This document shows, piece by piece, positions 1 through 8,636 of a DNA stretch of 53,872 nucleotides. Location of the stretch: NCBI GenBank assembly GCA_022574205.1, contig JACZSL010000003.1, positions 1 to 53,872 on the forward strand, read 5' to 3'. The notes under the pieces are model-generated. The model ran no database searches. It was not told the origin of the DNA and worked only from the letters and a program-made list of their open reading frames with translations. The DNA is from Patescibacteria group bacterium (lineage in GTDB: Bacteria; Patescibacteriota; Minisyncoccia; Phycocordibacterales; JACZSL01). The position numbers were made by a program, and so were the translations under genes. Positions within the stretch are counted from its first letter, which is position 1, and every line of letters starts with the position of its first letter.

Positions 1-408
1 GACCCCAGCTCCTCGCAAAAAAGTGATTTTCTCCACGTCGAAAAATTGTGGAATGAAATATGCGAGTATCGGAGCGAGTATGATAATTATCGCTATGTTT
101 CCACTGATTATTGCAATTGGAAACCCTGGATTAGGCGCAACAACCATGGATTGGCCGAGTAAGATATTCGCAGCTGCACCAAATACAATTCCCATCAATA
201 GCACCAAAAGCGCAGGCGCCTTGATAGACAATATCTCCAGTTGGTTTGTGTAGAGACTCCACACAACAATACCAACCACTGTTCCAAAGAACCACATCAA
301 CATCCCAGTTTCAGACCTTAGTCCGAAGTGTTTACTGAGTGTTGGAATTAGCAAAAAAAACGGCACAAGCAGGAACATCGCAATGATGCTTTTAGTAGTC
401 CAATGCAT
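1..408 (-). CDS. Multi-pass membrane protein, DMT/EamA-like (runs off the window; not in the ORF track)
   Basis: Hand translation from ATG at 408: MHWTTKSIIAMFLLVPFFLLIPTLSKHFGLRSETGMLMWFFGTVVGIVVWSLY...APNPGFPIAIISGN..., open to position 1; GGAGG SD upstream; several hydrophobic helices. Confidence 0.6.
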   Translation of the reverse strand, partial: MHWTTKSIIAMFLLVPFFLLIPTLSKHFGLRSETGMLMWFFGTVVGIVVWSLYTNQLEILSIKAPALLVLLMGIVFGAAANILLGQSMVVAPNPGFPIAIISGNIAIIIILAPILAYFIPQFFDVEKITFLRGAGV

Positions 409-445
409 GACACCTCCCGATATCTGTTGCTAAGAAACTACAGCA

Positions 446-474
446 ACAATACCATTGTCATATGATATTGTCAA
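446..474 (-). promoter_or_regulatory. Sigma70-type promoter for the DMT-like gene
   Basis: TTGACA (474-469), 17 nt, TATTGT (451-446) with TGn extension. Confidence 0.55.
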
Positions 475-479
475 TAGTT

Positions 480-494
480 GTGGACCGCACGGAC
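480..494. repeat. Degenerate copy of the tRNA-Ala 3' end (att-like direct repeat, copy 1)
   Basis: gtggaccgcacggac matches 1316-1330 (gtggaccccacggac) at 14/15 and resembles the tRNA end at 1428-1442. Confidence 0.6.
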
Positions 495-632
495 GAAACT
501 TGCCATAGGTGCTGAGTTAAACGAAGTAGAACCGCCTGCATGAATGGATATTCGAGGCGTCAGAGGTGATTCTGGGGCTAAACAGCAAAAAACAGCCTTG
601 GTTTAGCTGTTTGTTATCACATGGTGAATAAT

Positions 633-661
633 TTGACTCGCTAACTAGCGTTTGATAGAGT
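633..661 (+). promoter_or_regulatory. Promoter of the toxin-antitoxin pair with an operator-like palindrome
   Basis: TTGACT (633-638), 17 nt, TAGAGT (656-661); palindrome CGCTA-ac-TAGCG at 639-650 in the spacer. Confidence 0.5.
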
Positions 662-672
662 ACAATGTCAAT

Positions 673-804
673 ATGAAGAAGTGGTTATTACAATTCAAAC
701 AGATATTCTCTAATTCAAAAAAGAGCCCCAGAGATATGCAGGAGGTTATGAAGCGCGTAGACGATCAAGTTGGACGTGCCGTAACTCGTTTGTCTGAGCG
801 GTAA
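673..804 (+). CDS. Putative 43-aa antitoxin of the Doc toxin (not in the ORF track)
   Basis: MKKWLLQFKQIFSNSKKSPRDMQEVMKRVDDQVGRAVTRLSER*; stop overlaps the toxin start (TAATG at 802-806). Confidence 0.6.
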   Translation: MKKWLLQFKQIFSNSKKSPRDMQEVMKRVDDQVGRAVTRLSER

Positions 805-1304
805 TGGTTTATTATCTCTCTGAAGATCATCTCAATCTAATTTTTGAACTTCTCTCAAAGCGTTATGCCCGTGTAGAGGAAGTCCCCCATTATAAACTAG
901 AAACTACAGGTTTTGATAGTTTGTGTGGGGTGCTCAAACGAGTCCAAGCAGATACTTACTATCCACTGCTTTTCGAAAAAGCTGTGTATCTTCTGATAAA
1001 TATTAACAAAGGACATTTTTTCTCAAACGGAAATAAACGATTAGCACTCGTTACCATGACGACTTTTCTTGATATAAACCAATACAAACTTAAAAAAGAA
1101 AGTAAAGATTGGTACAGAGAATTTTTAACTAAACTATTTCCAGAGTATAAACAGTGGCAAGATTTTGAAGATTTTAGGTCAACAGACTTCGCAACATACA
1201 ACTTATCAATTATGATCGCAGATAGTGGCGTATATAACATTTCGCATGACGAATTGAAGGAAAGAGTACTAAGCTTCCTTAAAAACGCAACGGAACCGTT
1301 GTGA
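804..1304 (+). CDS. doc: Fic/Doc family toxin (death-on-curing type)
   Basis: Doc motif HFFSNGNKRLA preceded by YPLLFEKAVYLL, typical of the family. Confidence 0.85.
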   Translation: MVYYLSEDHLNLIFELLSKRYARVEEVPHYKLETTGFDSLCGVLKRVQADTYYPLLFEKAVYLLININKGHFFSNGNKRLALVTMTTFLDINQYKLKKESKDWYREFLTKLFPEYKQWQDFEDFRSTDFATYNLSIMIADSGVYNISHDELKERVLSFLKNATEPL

Positions 1305-1313
1305 TCGTACACT

Positions 1314-1330
1314 TGGTGGACCCCACGGAC
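1314..1330. repeat. Degenerate copy of the tRNA-Ala 3' end with CCA (att-like direct repeat, copy 2)
   Basis: Minus strand reads GTCCGTGGGGTCCACCA; shares GGGTCCAC with the tRNA 3' end. Confidence 0.65.
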
Positions 1331-1387
1331 TGTCCGGGGGACAGTTCGTGCCGAGCCCGAAGGGATCGGGCATCACGGGTCCAATAC

Positions 1388-1420
1388 CACAATCAGCTAC
1401 CTTTATGGTAGGTGATTGTG
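1388..1420. terminator. Strong hairpin between convergent doc and tRNA-Ala, probable terminator
   Basis: cacaatca-g-ctacc-tttat-ggtag-g-tgattgtg inverted repeat; no clear U-tract. Confidence 0.5.
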
Positions 1421-1428
1421 TGTATCTG

Positions 1429-1502
1429 TGGACCCGACAGGAATCGAACCTGCGACCTCCTGAGTGCAAAACAGGTGCTCTAGCCAACTGAGCTACGGGC
1501 CC
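1429..1502 (-). tRNA. tRNA-Ala (UGC), CCA not encoded
   Basis: GGGCCCG TA GCTC AGTTGGCTA GAGC A CCTGT TTTGCAC TCAGG AGGTC GCAGG TTCGATT CCTGT CGGGTCC A; G3:U70 alanine identity pair; U31-U39 mismatch. Confidence 0.95.
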
Positions 1503-1691
1503 AAATATGCTAGGAGCATATTTTGGCAAATTTTAACTAAACCGAAATTTGCACAATTGTCACTACTTTATAACACATTAGCTCCTCATAGCAAGTTGTT
1601 TAGCCACAAAATCGTCCATACCCTGCCTATTAATAATACCCTGTTCTAGAAGCTCTTATCATAGTTGGTGTTTTAATGTATAAATAACAGT

Positions 1692-1823
1692 ATGGATAAT
1701 AATGTAATTTATAAATGTGAAGGAACTTGTGGTGGTGAATCTACAGAACCCAAAAACTGTGGAGACCCGAACTGTACTCGTCACGGTAAGCCACTTACAA
1801 AGAACGACAAAAAAGAAAGCTAA
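1692..1823 (+). CDS. 43-aa Cys/His-rich microprotein, putative metal-binding (not in the ORF track)
   Basis: MDNNVIYKCEGTCGGESTEPKNCGDPNCTRHGKPLTKNDKKES*; C-x3-C-x9-C-x4-C-x2-H. Confidence 0.7.
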   Translation: MDNNVIYKCEGTCGGESTEPKNCGDPNCTRHGKPLTKNDKKES

Positions 1824-1899
1824 ACGCAACTTTACTGTTCCATTATCACTAGACTCCATAAAAGAATGCATGCATTCTTTTTTTAATGAGTGAAAAATA

Positions 1900-2865
1900 T
1901 TAACCCTTTATGGCAAGCTGTACAATGTGATCCAGAAAATCTGGAAATTCTATGCCGACTGCCCTGAGACTCTTAGGAATGAGCGATTTATCTGTGAGAC
2001 CGGGGAGAGTGTTCACTTCTAGAAAATAGACATCCCTCGGCGTCATAATGAAATCGGAACACGAGTAGTGTGAAAGACCAAGTGCTTTATGCACAATCTT
2101 GGCAAGTTTTTGAATATACATACTTTCATCATTAGTAAAGTTTCCGGGACATAGTTCTTTACTTCCCCCTTTATACTTTGCTTCATAATCAAAAAAAACT
2201 CTTCCATCCTTTGGAATAATCTCAATGGGAAGCAGGGTGTAATATCTCTTTCCACGAAAATCATCAATAACGCCACATGTTACTTCCCTACCCACAATAA
2301 ACTCTTCAATTATTACTTCACCAAATAATTCAAGTGCTGTCTCCAAATTCTCCAAAAATTCCTTGGGGTTGTAAGAGATTGTGACGCCAACTGATGATCC
2401 TCCGAAAGTCGGCTTTATGACATGTGGTGCTGCAAACGTTTTATATGCGCGTGTGCACAATACTTTTGGATTGTCATCGCTTGAGGCGACGATAAATTTT
2501 GGCGTCTTAATACCTGTACTCCACAGGGCCGCCTTCGTCTGCGCCTTGTTCATACATATTGCTGACTCAATCACTTGAGAGCCGGTGTATGGAATGCCAA
2601 GATCCGTGAGAATTTTTTGTACACGGCCATCCTCGCCGTATTCCCCATGAAGTGCATTGAAAACAACGTCTACATGGGCGAAAAAACTGCTTAGCTTAAG
2701 TGGGAGACCTCGATGGTACCACACACCATCTTTGTCAATCAGAATGTCCTCAACGTCATATTTATCTTGCGGGAGATTTCTTAAAACAGCCTCGCCGCTT
2801 AAGAGTGAGATGTCGTATTCGTTGCTTATTCCGCCGCGAAGAACGCCGACTCGAACTTTTTGCAT
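1900..2865 (-). CDS. ddl: D-alanine--D-alanine ligase
   Basis: GGISNEYDIS, NALHGEYGEDG, GSSVG, FFDYEAKY and LEVNTLPG motifs. Confidence 0.95.
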   Translation of the reverse strand: MQKVRVGVLRGGISNEYDISLLSGEAVLRNLPQDKYDVEDILIDKDGVWYHRGLPLKLSSFFAHVDVVFNALHGEYGEDGRVQKILTDLGIPYTGSQVIESAICMNKAQTKAALWSTGIKTPKFIVASSDDNPKVLCTRAYKTFAAPHVIKPTFGGSSVGVTISYNPKEFLENLETALELFGEVIIEEFIVGREVTCGVIDDFRGKRYYTLLPIEIIPKDGRVFFDYEAKYKGGSKELCPGNFTNDESMYIQKLAKIVHKALGLSHYSCSDFIMTPRDVYFLEVNTLPGLTDKSLIPKSLRAVGIEFPDFLDHIVQLAIKG

Positions 2866-2884
2866 GCAAATAGTATATCATGCG

Positions 2885-4126
2885 CTATCGTATGGAATCT
2901 CTTTTTTTCCGGTGGTATGCAATGGCAAAGCGATGTGCTTCGGCGTTGGCAAGAAGAATGTCCTTTTCATACTTTATACGAAGAGCCGCATTTCCGATGA
3001 TTTCCTTGGGTCTGTGATATTCGTCTTTTACAACACCAACTATTGGTATTTTAACTCCTGCATCAAGCAACACCTTTTTTGCTGCATTTATTTGAGCTTT
3101 ACCGCCGTCTACAACGAAGAGCATGGGGAGCGGCCACTCTGGGTGTGCAAGGCGTCTCTCAAGGATTTCCCGGAGTCCGGCGACATCGTTCGCCCCTGTA
3201 TAGCTTTTAATCTTGAATTTCCTATACCCATCTTGCTTTATTTGGCCACTTTCCACGACTGTCATAACACCGACTGTATCCTTACCTTGCATGTGCGACA
3301 CGTCATAGGCCTCAATGCGGAACGTCCTTCCGGTTATATTTCCTCCAAGCTTCCGGAATTCTTCCTTCAACAATGAGACGTCCTGAATATGCGTGAGCGC
3401 AAAAATGCGGCGTTTTATCTCCCCTGCTTTTTCAAATTCCTCGCTTTTTACATATTCTTTCATCTCCTTTTTTAACTGTGAAAGCAATTGTTTTTTCTTG
3501 CCGTCAAAAAACATCCTCAAGTGCCTTATGGTACGCGCGTAATCCCTTTTACTGGTTAGGGCGCTCGGATAGAGACCGATTTGCCGATTGAAATCAATTC
3601 TTATCTTTCCCGAACCTTTTAACATTTTCTCGACAGGTTGCTTTGTATCGTAGTATGGAAAAATCTTGCGTATGAGCTTTATCGCCTCTTTAAACAATCC
3701 TGTCTGCACAAACGGACCAAAGAGATGTTTGATATCTTCACTCGCAAATTTTTGGTAGAGCTCGCGGCCACGAACCACTAAAACACGTGGATACGTCTCG
3801 TTTGTTATCACAACATAGTTGAAGCTTTTGTCGTCTTTGCCCTCAGTGTTGTAATAAGGTTTATAGCTTTTTATGAGACTTGCCTCCAATAAGAGAGCTT
3901 CAAGCACAGAATCGGTCTCTCTATAGTCCACCGTCTTCGTTTTATCCACCATCTCGGAAATAAGCGGACTTCGTTTTTCGATTATGTCGTCTGAAAAATA
4001 ACTCATTACACGACTTTTAAGCGATGTTGCTTTTCCTATATACAAAATCTTCTTGTGTGATTCTAGGAAAAAATACACGCCTGGTTTCTGTGGAAACTTT
4101 TTTATTTTTTCTCTAATGGTTGACAT
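2885..4126 (-). CDS. uvrC: Excinuclease ABC subunit C, short form (GIY-YIG + UVR + RNase H-like; no HhH tail)
   Basis: PGVYFF...YIGKATSL, EEFEKAGEIKR, RIEAYDVSH, VVDGGKAQ; ends at FAIAYHRKKR; start reassigned to MSTIREK (TATAAT 6 nt upstream). Confidence 0.9.
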   Translation of the reverse strand: MSTIREKIKKFPQKPGVYFFLESHKKILYIGKATSLKSRVMSYFSDDIIEKRSPLISEMVDKTKTVDYRETDSVLEALLLEASLIKSYKPYYNTEGKDDKSFNYVVITNETYPRVLVVRGRELYQKFASEDIKHLFGPFVQTGLFKEAIKLIRKIFPYYDTKQPVEKMLKGSGKIRIDFNRQIGLYPSALTSKRDYARTIRHLRMFFDGKKKQLLSQLKKEMKEYVKSEEFEKAGEIKRRIFALTHIQDVSLLKEEFRKLGGNITGRTFRIEAYDVSHMQGKDTVGVMTVVESGQIKQDGYRKFKIKSYTGANDVAGLREILERRLAHPEWPLPMLFVVDGGKAQINAAKKVLLDAGVKIPIVGVVKDEYHRPKEIIGNAALRIKYEKDILLANAEAHRFAIAYHRKKRDSIR

Positions 4127-4161
4127 ATGCTCATTATAATGTATAATTCTATGTATTGCAA
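4120..4161. promoter_or_regulatory. Overlapping divergent promoters (uvrC leaderless on minus; accessory ORF on plus)
   Basis: Minus: TTGCAA (4161-4156), 17 nt, TATAAT (4138-4133), 6 nt, ATG 4126. Plus: TTGACA (4120-4125), 16 nt, TATAAT (4142-4147). Confidence 0.7.
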
Positions 4162-4182
4162 CAAACAAAGGAGTTCTTTCAA

Positions 4183-4482
4183 GTGAAAACAAATAACGCT
4201 CTACCTGACGAGCCTGAAAGTGAAAAATGGCGGTCGAACATGGTCCGTGATTCGCTCGTTTCGTTTACTGTTCTTATTCCTCCGTCTTTCCTGCTACTAA
4301 TCTTCGCAATACCGTCCGTAAAGCACAGTATAACTATAGTCGCGATCATGATTGTGCTGTTGTGGTATAGCGGTCTCTGCTGGACCTGGGCCCGCAAGCC
4401 TTATCACTATAAGCTCGAGCGCAGGTTAAAAGAGAACAAAGTATTACTCGACGAAATTCTGAAGAAGCTGGAGGATTTATAG
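4183..4482 (+). CDS. Hypothetical membrane protein (2 TM + C-terminal coiled coil)
   Basis: ORF-track frame; GTG start at 4183 chosen because AAAGGAG lies 9 nt upstream; followed by a terminator. Confidence 0.6.
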   Translation: MKTNNALPDEPESEKWRSNMVRDSLVSFTVLIPPSFLLLIFAIPSVKHSITIVAIMIVLLWYSGLCWTWARKPYHYKLERRLKENKVLLDEILKKLEDL

Positions 4483-4499
4483 CGGAGTTCTTCATCCAC

Positions 4500-4526
4500 A
4501 CCCCGCCCCCAAAAAGGCGGGGTTTT
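4500..4526 (+). terminator. Intrinsic terminator
   Basis: accccgcc-cccaaaaa-ggcggggt followed by ttt. Confidence 0.7.
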
Positions 4527-4614
4527 ACTTATCCACGTTTTTATTTTGGTATTCCTGAAATTCAAGCTATAATTATACTTTAGAAGTACTCATACATAAC
4601 CAAAGGAGGGCGCT

Positions 4615-5031
4615 ATGAAGCTCAGCCGCTTTCTAGTATGGTATATCGCGGGATATACTTTAAAGCATGCGTTACAATTGCGCATTCTTTTAATGCGATC
4701 CGTTTCAAGGCACTTTTCTGTAAGCGAAAGAGAGTATGCTGAACGTGTCTATATGCTCTATTACAAAACACACATAGGGAGTGTCGACACGTATTGGAAT
4801 CCTCTCTTCAAAAAAATGAAACCGAAGATACTTAAGCGAGGATGTGGTTGTACTGACGATGAAATTTGGGACATGATTTTACCGGTTGGTCTGGCTCAAA
4901 TCCGGAAGATAAAAAAGAAGCTTCCAAGTCACTCGGGAAAATTTAAATTACTTATACCAAATCTCCTTGAAACAACGGCTAGTGCGACGAAACCTATCTT
5001 GCACGACGTGATTATGTATTTCCGTTGGTGA
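4615..5031 (+). CDS. Hypothetical protein, 138 aa
   Basis: AAAGGAGG SD, TATAAT at 4568-4573, fills the gap before convergent uvrA. Confidence 0.6.
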   Translation: MKLSRFLVWYIAGYTLKHALQLRILLMRSVSRHFSVSEREYAERVYMLYYKTHIGSVDTYWNPLFKKMKPKILKRGCGCTDDEIWDMILPVGLAQIRKIKKKLPSHSGKFKLLIPNLLETTASATKPILHDVIMYFRW

Positions 5032-5046
5032 GCGTGGACATTGTGT

Positions 5047-7638
5047 CTACGCTTTCTTTTTTAACACTCTTCTTAAATATTTTGCCGTATGTGAATTTTT
5101 AACGAGAGCAACTTCTTCAGGAGTACCCTTAGCTATTACTCGCCCACCGCCTACACCACCATCCGGACCCATGTCGAATACGTAATCAGAGTTTTTAATG
5201 ATATCCATATTGTGCTCTATAACCATAACAGTATTCCCGCGAGTAACTAGTTTATCCAGAATTTCGATTAATTTTTTGACATCCTCGTAGTGAAGTCCAA
5301 TTGTTGGCTCATCAAGAAGATAGAGTGTTTTTTGTATATTCACTCTAAAAAGCTCTGAAGAAATTTTTACGCGCTGTGCCTCCCCACCGGAAAGCGTCGT
5401 TGCCGATTGTCCAAGTCCAAGATACCCAAGTCCTACATCATTTAATGTTTTCAATCGGTCATATATGGCAGGAATTTCTTCAAAGAACGCGAGTGCCTCT
5501 TCGACCGTCATATTAAGAACGTCGTGAATATTTTTCTTCTTATATTTTATTTCGAGTGTTTCTTTCATAAAACGCTTGCCGAAACATATGTCACACTCCA
5601 CGTAAACGGTTGGCAAAAAGTGCATTTCAACGGCAATGGTACCGTTGCCGTGACAGGCTTCGCAACGACCTCCTTTGACGTTAAAGGAGAATCTGCCCGG
5701 TTTCCACCCTCGGACACGTGCTTCGCTAGTCTGGGCAAAAAGCTCCCTAATAAACGTAAAAGCGCCAGTGTAGGTTGCCGGATTTGAGCGTGGTGTTCGC
5801 CCGATTGGTGACTGGTTGATTAGTATGCTGCGCGAGATGTATTCGGTTCCGGAGATTCTTTTTGCATTGTATGTTTTAGCGGTACGATATTTTTTTTCGA
5901 GTCGAGCGCGTAGATTTTTGTGCAGAATCTCATACATAAGCGTTGATTTACCACTTCCTGAAACACCAGTGATGGCGATAAATTTTCCGAGCGGAATATC
6001 TATATTGAGATTTTGAATATTATATACCCTGCCACCACGAATCTTTATACTCCCTTTATTGGATGTTCGTCTCTTTTCTGGAACGGGAATTTTGATCTCT
6101 TCTCGTAAGTACGAGAGTGTTTTTGACTTTGATGCATTCGTTTTTGCGGTCAAAAGCTTGTCGAGATAATCTGCGACAACGATTTTCCCGCCGTGCTTTC
6201 CTGCTCCAGGACCAAGGTCTATGATGTAATCTGACGCGTAGATAGTATCCTCATCATGCTCTACTATGATAATGGTGTTGCCAAGATCGCGCAGACGTAA
6301 AAGTGTGCTTATCAAACGTTCGTTGTCGCGTTGATGTAGACCAATAGTAGGCTCATCCAAAACGTAGAGCGCCCCAACGAGTCCGCTTCCAAGTTGGCTG
6401 GCCAAACGGATACGTTGTGCTTCCCCGCCCGAGAGAGTATTCGCTCGTCTGTCTAGCGTTAGATAATCGATGCCAACATTTAACATGAAAGTTAAGCGAG
6501 ACTCAATCTCCTTAAGAATAACTTTTGAGATTTCCTGTTCTTTCTTTGTTAATTCCAGTTCGTAGAGAAAGTCTCTGGCATCATCTATTGAGAACGAGAC
6601 AAAATCAACTATGTTGGTTTTTTTCTTACCAAGATACACGTGGAGGGCTTCTGGTCGAAGCCTCGCCCCAGAGCAATCTGAACAGGCATCACTCCCAAAG
6701 AAGTACTTAGTGCCAAGTCCGTTACAACCAGTACAAGCGCCATAGGGTGAGTTGAACGAGAAAAGTCGTGGTTCCATTTCCGGAAAGGAAAAACCGTCGT
6801 ACGGACACATAAATTTTGCCGATATGAGGCGTTCTTTGCCCTCGGAGTCTTCAAGTCGAATAAGGCCGTCTGACTCCTCTAGGGCCCTCTCTATGGCCTC
6901 TCCAAGGCGTTCGGTACTGCCCTTGGAGTCTGCCTCAAATTCGCTGATAAATATTTCATCAACCAAGACATCGATATCATGTTTTTTTGTTTTTGTAAGA
7001 ATAATCTGTTCACGTAGCTTGTGTAATTTACCGTCAACCTTCACACGCTCATAACCCTTGCCCAAAAGGTCATAGAGGAGCTGATAATATTCTCCTTTTC
7101 GTCCCATAACAACCGGAGAAAAGATTCTTAGTTTTTTATCCTTACTAGTTACTTTTTTTGTTTTTTTCTGGACACTCTTGGCACCGCTAACTTTCACAGT
7201 CGATAAAATTGTGTCCATTATTTCTTCGTTTGTGAGACGCTTAATCGGACGTGCACACTTTAGACATGTCGGTTTGCCGACTCTGGCATACAAAATACGT
7301 AGATAATCATAAATTTCGGTAATTGTTGCCACTGTCGAACGTGGATTATTGGAACGACTTTTTTGATCTATTGAAATAGCAGGAGAGAGGCCAACGATCT
7401 CTTCAACATCCGGTTTCTGCATTTGTCGTAGGAACTGTCGAGCATAGGAAGACAAGCTCTCTACGTATCTACGTTGTCCTTCGGCAAATATTGTATCAAA
7501 TGCAAGCGAGCTCTTTCCGCTTCCTGAAACACCGGTAAAAACAATCATCTTATTTCTCGGCATTTCAACAGTCACATTCTGTAGATTGTGAGTTTTTGCA
7601 CCGCGAACGATTATTAATTCTTTACTTTCTTCTTTCAT
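5047..7638 (-). CDS. uvrA: Excinuclease ABC subunit A (insertion domain absent)
   Basis: Two Walker A motifs (GVSGSGKS), two LSGGEAQR signatures, zinc-finger CxxC motifs. Confidence 0.97.
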   Translation of the reverse strand: MKEESKELIIVRGAKTHNLQNVTVEMPRNKMIVFTGVSGSGKSSLAFDTIFAEGQRRYVESLSSYARQFLRQMQKPDVEEIVGLSPAISIDQKSRSNNPRSTVATITEIYDYLRILYARVGKPTCLKCARPIKRLTNEEIMDTILSTVKVSGAKSVQKKTKKVTSKDKKLRIFSPVVMGRKGEYYQLLYDLLGKGYERVKVDGKLHKLREQIILTKTKKHDIDVLVDEIFISEFEADSKGSTERLGEAIERALEESDGLIRLEDSEGKERLISAKFMCPYDGFSFPEMEPRLFSFNSPYGACTGCNGLGTKYFFGSDACSDCSGARLRPEALHVYLGKKKTNIVDFVSFSIDDARDFLYELELTKKEQEISKVILKEIESRLTFMLNVGIDYLTLDRRANTLSGGEAQRIRLASQLGSGLVGALYVLDEPTIGLHQRDNERLISTLLRLRDLGNTIIIVEHDEDTIYASDYIIDLGPGAGKHGGKIVVADYLDKLLTAKTNASKSKTLSYLREEIKIPVPEKRRTSNKGSIKIRGGRVYNIQNLNIDIPLGKFIAITGVSGSGKSTLMYEILHKNLRARLEKKYRTAKTYNAKRISGTEYISRSILINQSPIGRTPRSNPATYTGAFTFIRELFAQTSEARVRGWKPGRFSFNVKGGRCEACHGNGTIAVEMHFLPTVYVECDICFGKRFMKETLEIKYKKKNIHDVLNMTVEEALAFFEEIPAIYDRLKTLNDVGLGYLGLGQSATTLSGGEAQRVKISSELFRVNIQKTLYLLDEPTIGLHYEDVKKLIEILDKLVTRGNTVMVIEHNMDIIKNSDYVFDMGPDGGVGGGRVIAKGTPEEVALVKNSHTAKYLRRVLKKKA

Positions 7639-7722
7639 TTTTAGCTTTATATATACGCAAAAACAAACCCTCGTCGGGCTTATAGGGTGGTAGTATGCGC
7701 TCTTAGGGTATCAGAACTTTCG

Positions 7723-8541
7723 CTAGGCGGCAACAGTAACGCCCTGATTACCTTTTTCTTGCATTAGCTTGCGCATTTTAGCAACAACTTCGTCAATGCT
7801 AAAGTTTGATTTAATCAAAAATTCGTCTGCACCAATCTTCTTTGCTTTGTCTATGTCGCTCTCTTGTCCTAGGTTTGAGAGAATAATTACAGGAATGTTT
7901 GCGGTATTAGGATCTGCCTTTATCGCAGTGAGAACCTCAAAGCCATCCATTCCGGGCAAAATCAAATCCAGCAGAATAATAGATGGGTGCTCATTCTTTG
8001 CAAGTTCAAGTCCCTCTTCACCATTTGCTGCAATTAGTAAATCGTACTTTTCATGCGTCAGTTTGCGAGCTAAGAGATCACGTAAAAAATTGTCGTCTTC
8101 AACTACTAAGATGCGAAATCCAGTTTCGTGCAACTTGTCATCCTCCACACTGCTTCCCGACGAGTGAAGTTGGTTTTCTACCTTGTGAAGTATCTCCTCT
8201 GGAGAAAAATCGCTTTTGATTATGTAGTCCTTGACGCCAAGAGCAAGAATCTTGCTAACCTCAACATGCTGGCCGGCCTTCAAAAGAGCAATCACTGGAG
8301 GGAATGAGCCGAGTCCTCCTTTTTTATTTAGAGCCTCAAGCACTTCAAAACCATTAAGCGACGGGAGCATCATATCAAGGAGAATGAGATCGGGTGCAAA
8401 GGTGTCAATCTTCTCCAAGCCCTCTTTTCCATCCTTAACTAACTGTGTGACATAGCCCTCATTCTTGAGCTTGTCTACCATAACACTTCCTAAAGCGTCA
8501 TTTTCTTCAAGTATTAGAATACGTTTTGTGCTGTTATCCAT
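7723..8541 (-). CDS. Response regulator made of two receiver domains, no output domain
   Basis: DLILLDMMLPSLNGFE and IILLDLILPGMDGFE; both domains end with the IKS lysine. Confidence 0.9.
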   Translation of the reverse strand: MDNSTKRILILEENDALGSVMVDKLKNEGYVTQLVKDGKEGLEKIDTFAPDLILLDMMLPSLNGFEVLEALNKKGGLGSFPPVIALLKAGQHVEVSKILALGVKDYIIKSDFSPEEILHKVENQLHSSGSSVEDDKLHETGFRILVVEDDNFLRDLLARKLTHEKYDLLIAANGEEGLELAKNEHPSIILLDLILPGMDGFEVLTAIKADPNTANIPVIILSNLGQESDIDKAKKIGADEFLIKSNFSIDEVVAKMRKLMQEKGNQGVTVAA

Positions 8542-8636
8542 TCTGCTAAAAATATATTTTATTAAAATATATTACCTAAGAAAATTATCCGTCCCTCACA
8601 CTGAATATGTAACGTCGCTACATTATAACACCTCTA

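Noticed and set aside
23-253. Plus-strand 76-aa ORF and the many other antisense or nested ORFs in the track (e.g. 959-1312, 7769-8167, 19085-19633, 24161-24634, 46351-47034)
   Set aside because: They are shadows of well-supported genes on the opposite strand or in another frame, with no independent motifs
1302-1304. Alternative genetic code (UGA=Gly) as in Gracilibacteria
   Set aside because: TGA terminates several genes at sensible ends or overlaps (doc, leuS, 36628, 41909) and conserved genes have no in-frame TGA
1269-1529. 86-aa ORF over the tRNA
   Set aside because: It translates the tRNA-Ala gene and adjacent hairpins
1659-1871. 70-aa minus-strand ORF
   Set aside because: Antisense to the Cys-rich microprotein, which has the more convincing pattern
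7639-7722. LexA/SOS box upstream of uvrA
   Set aside because: No CTGT-N8-ACAG or GAAC-N4-GTTC match seen
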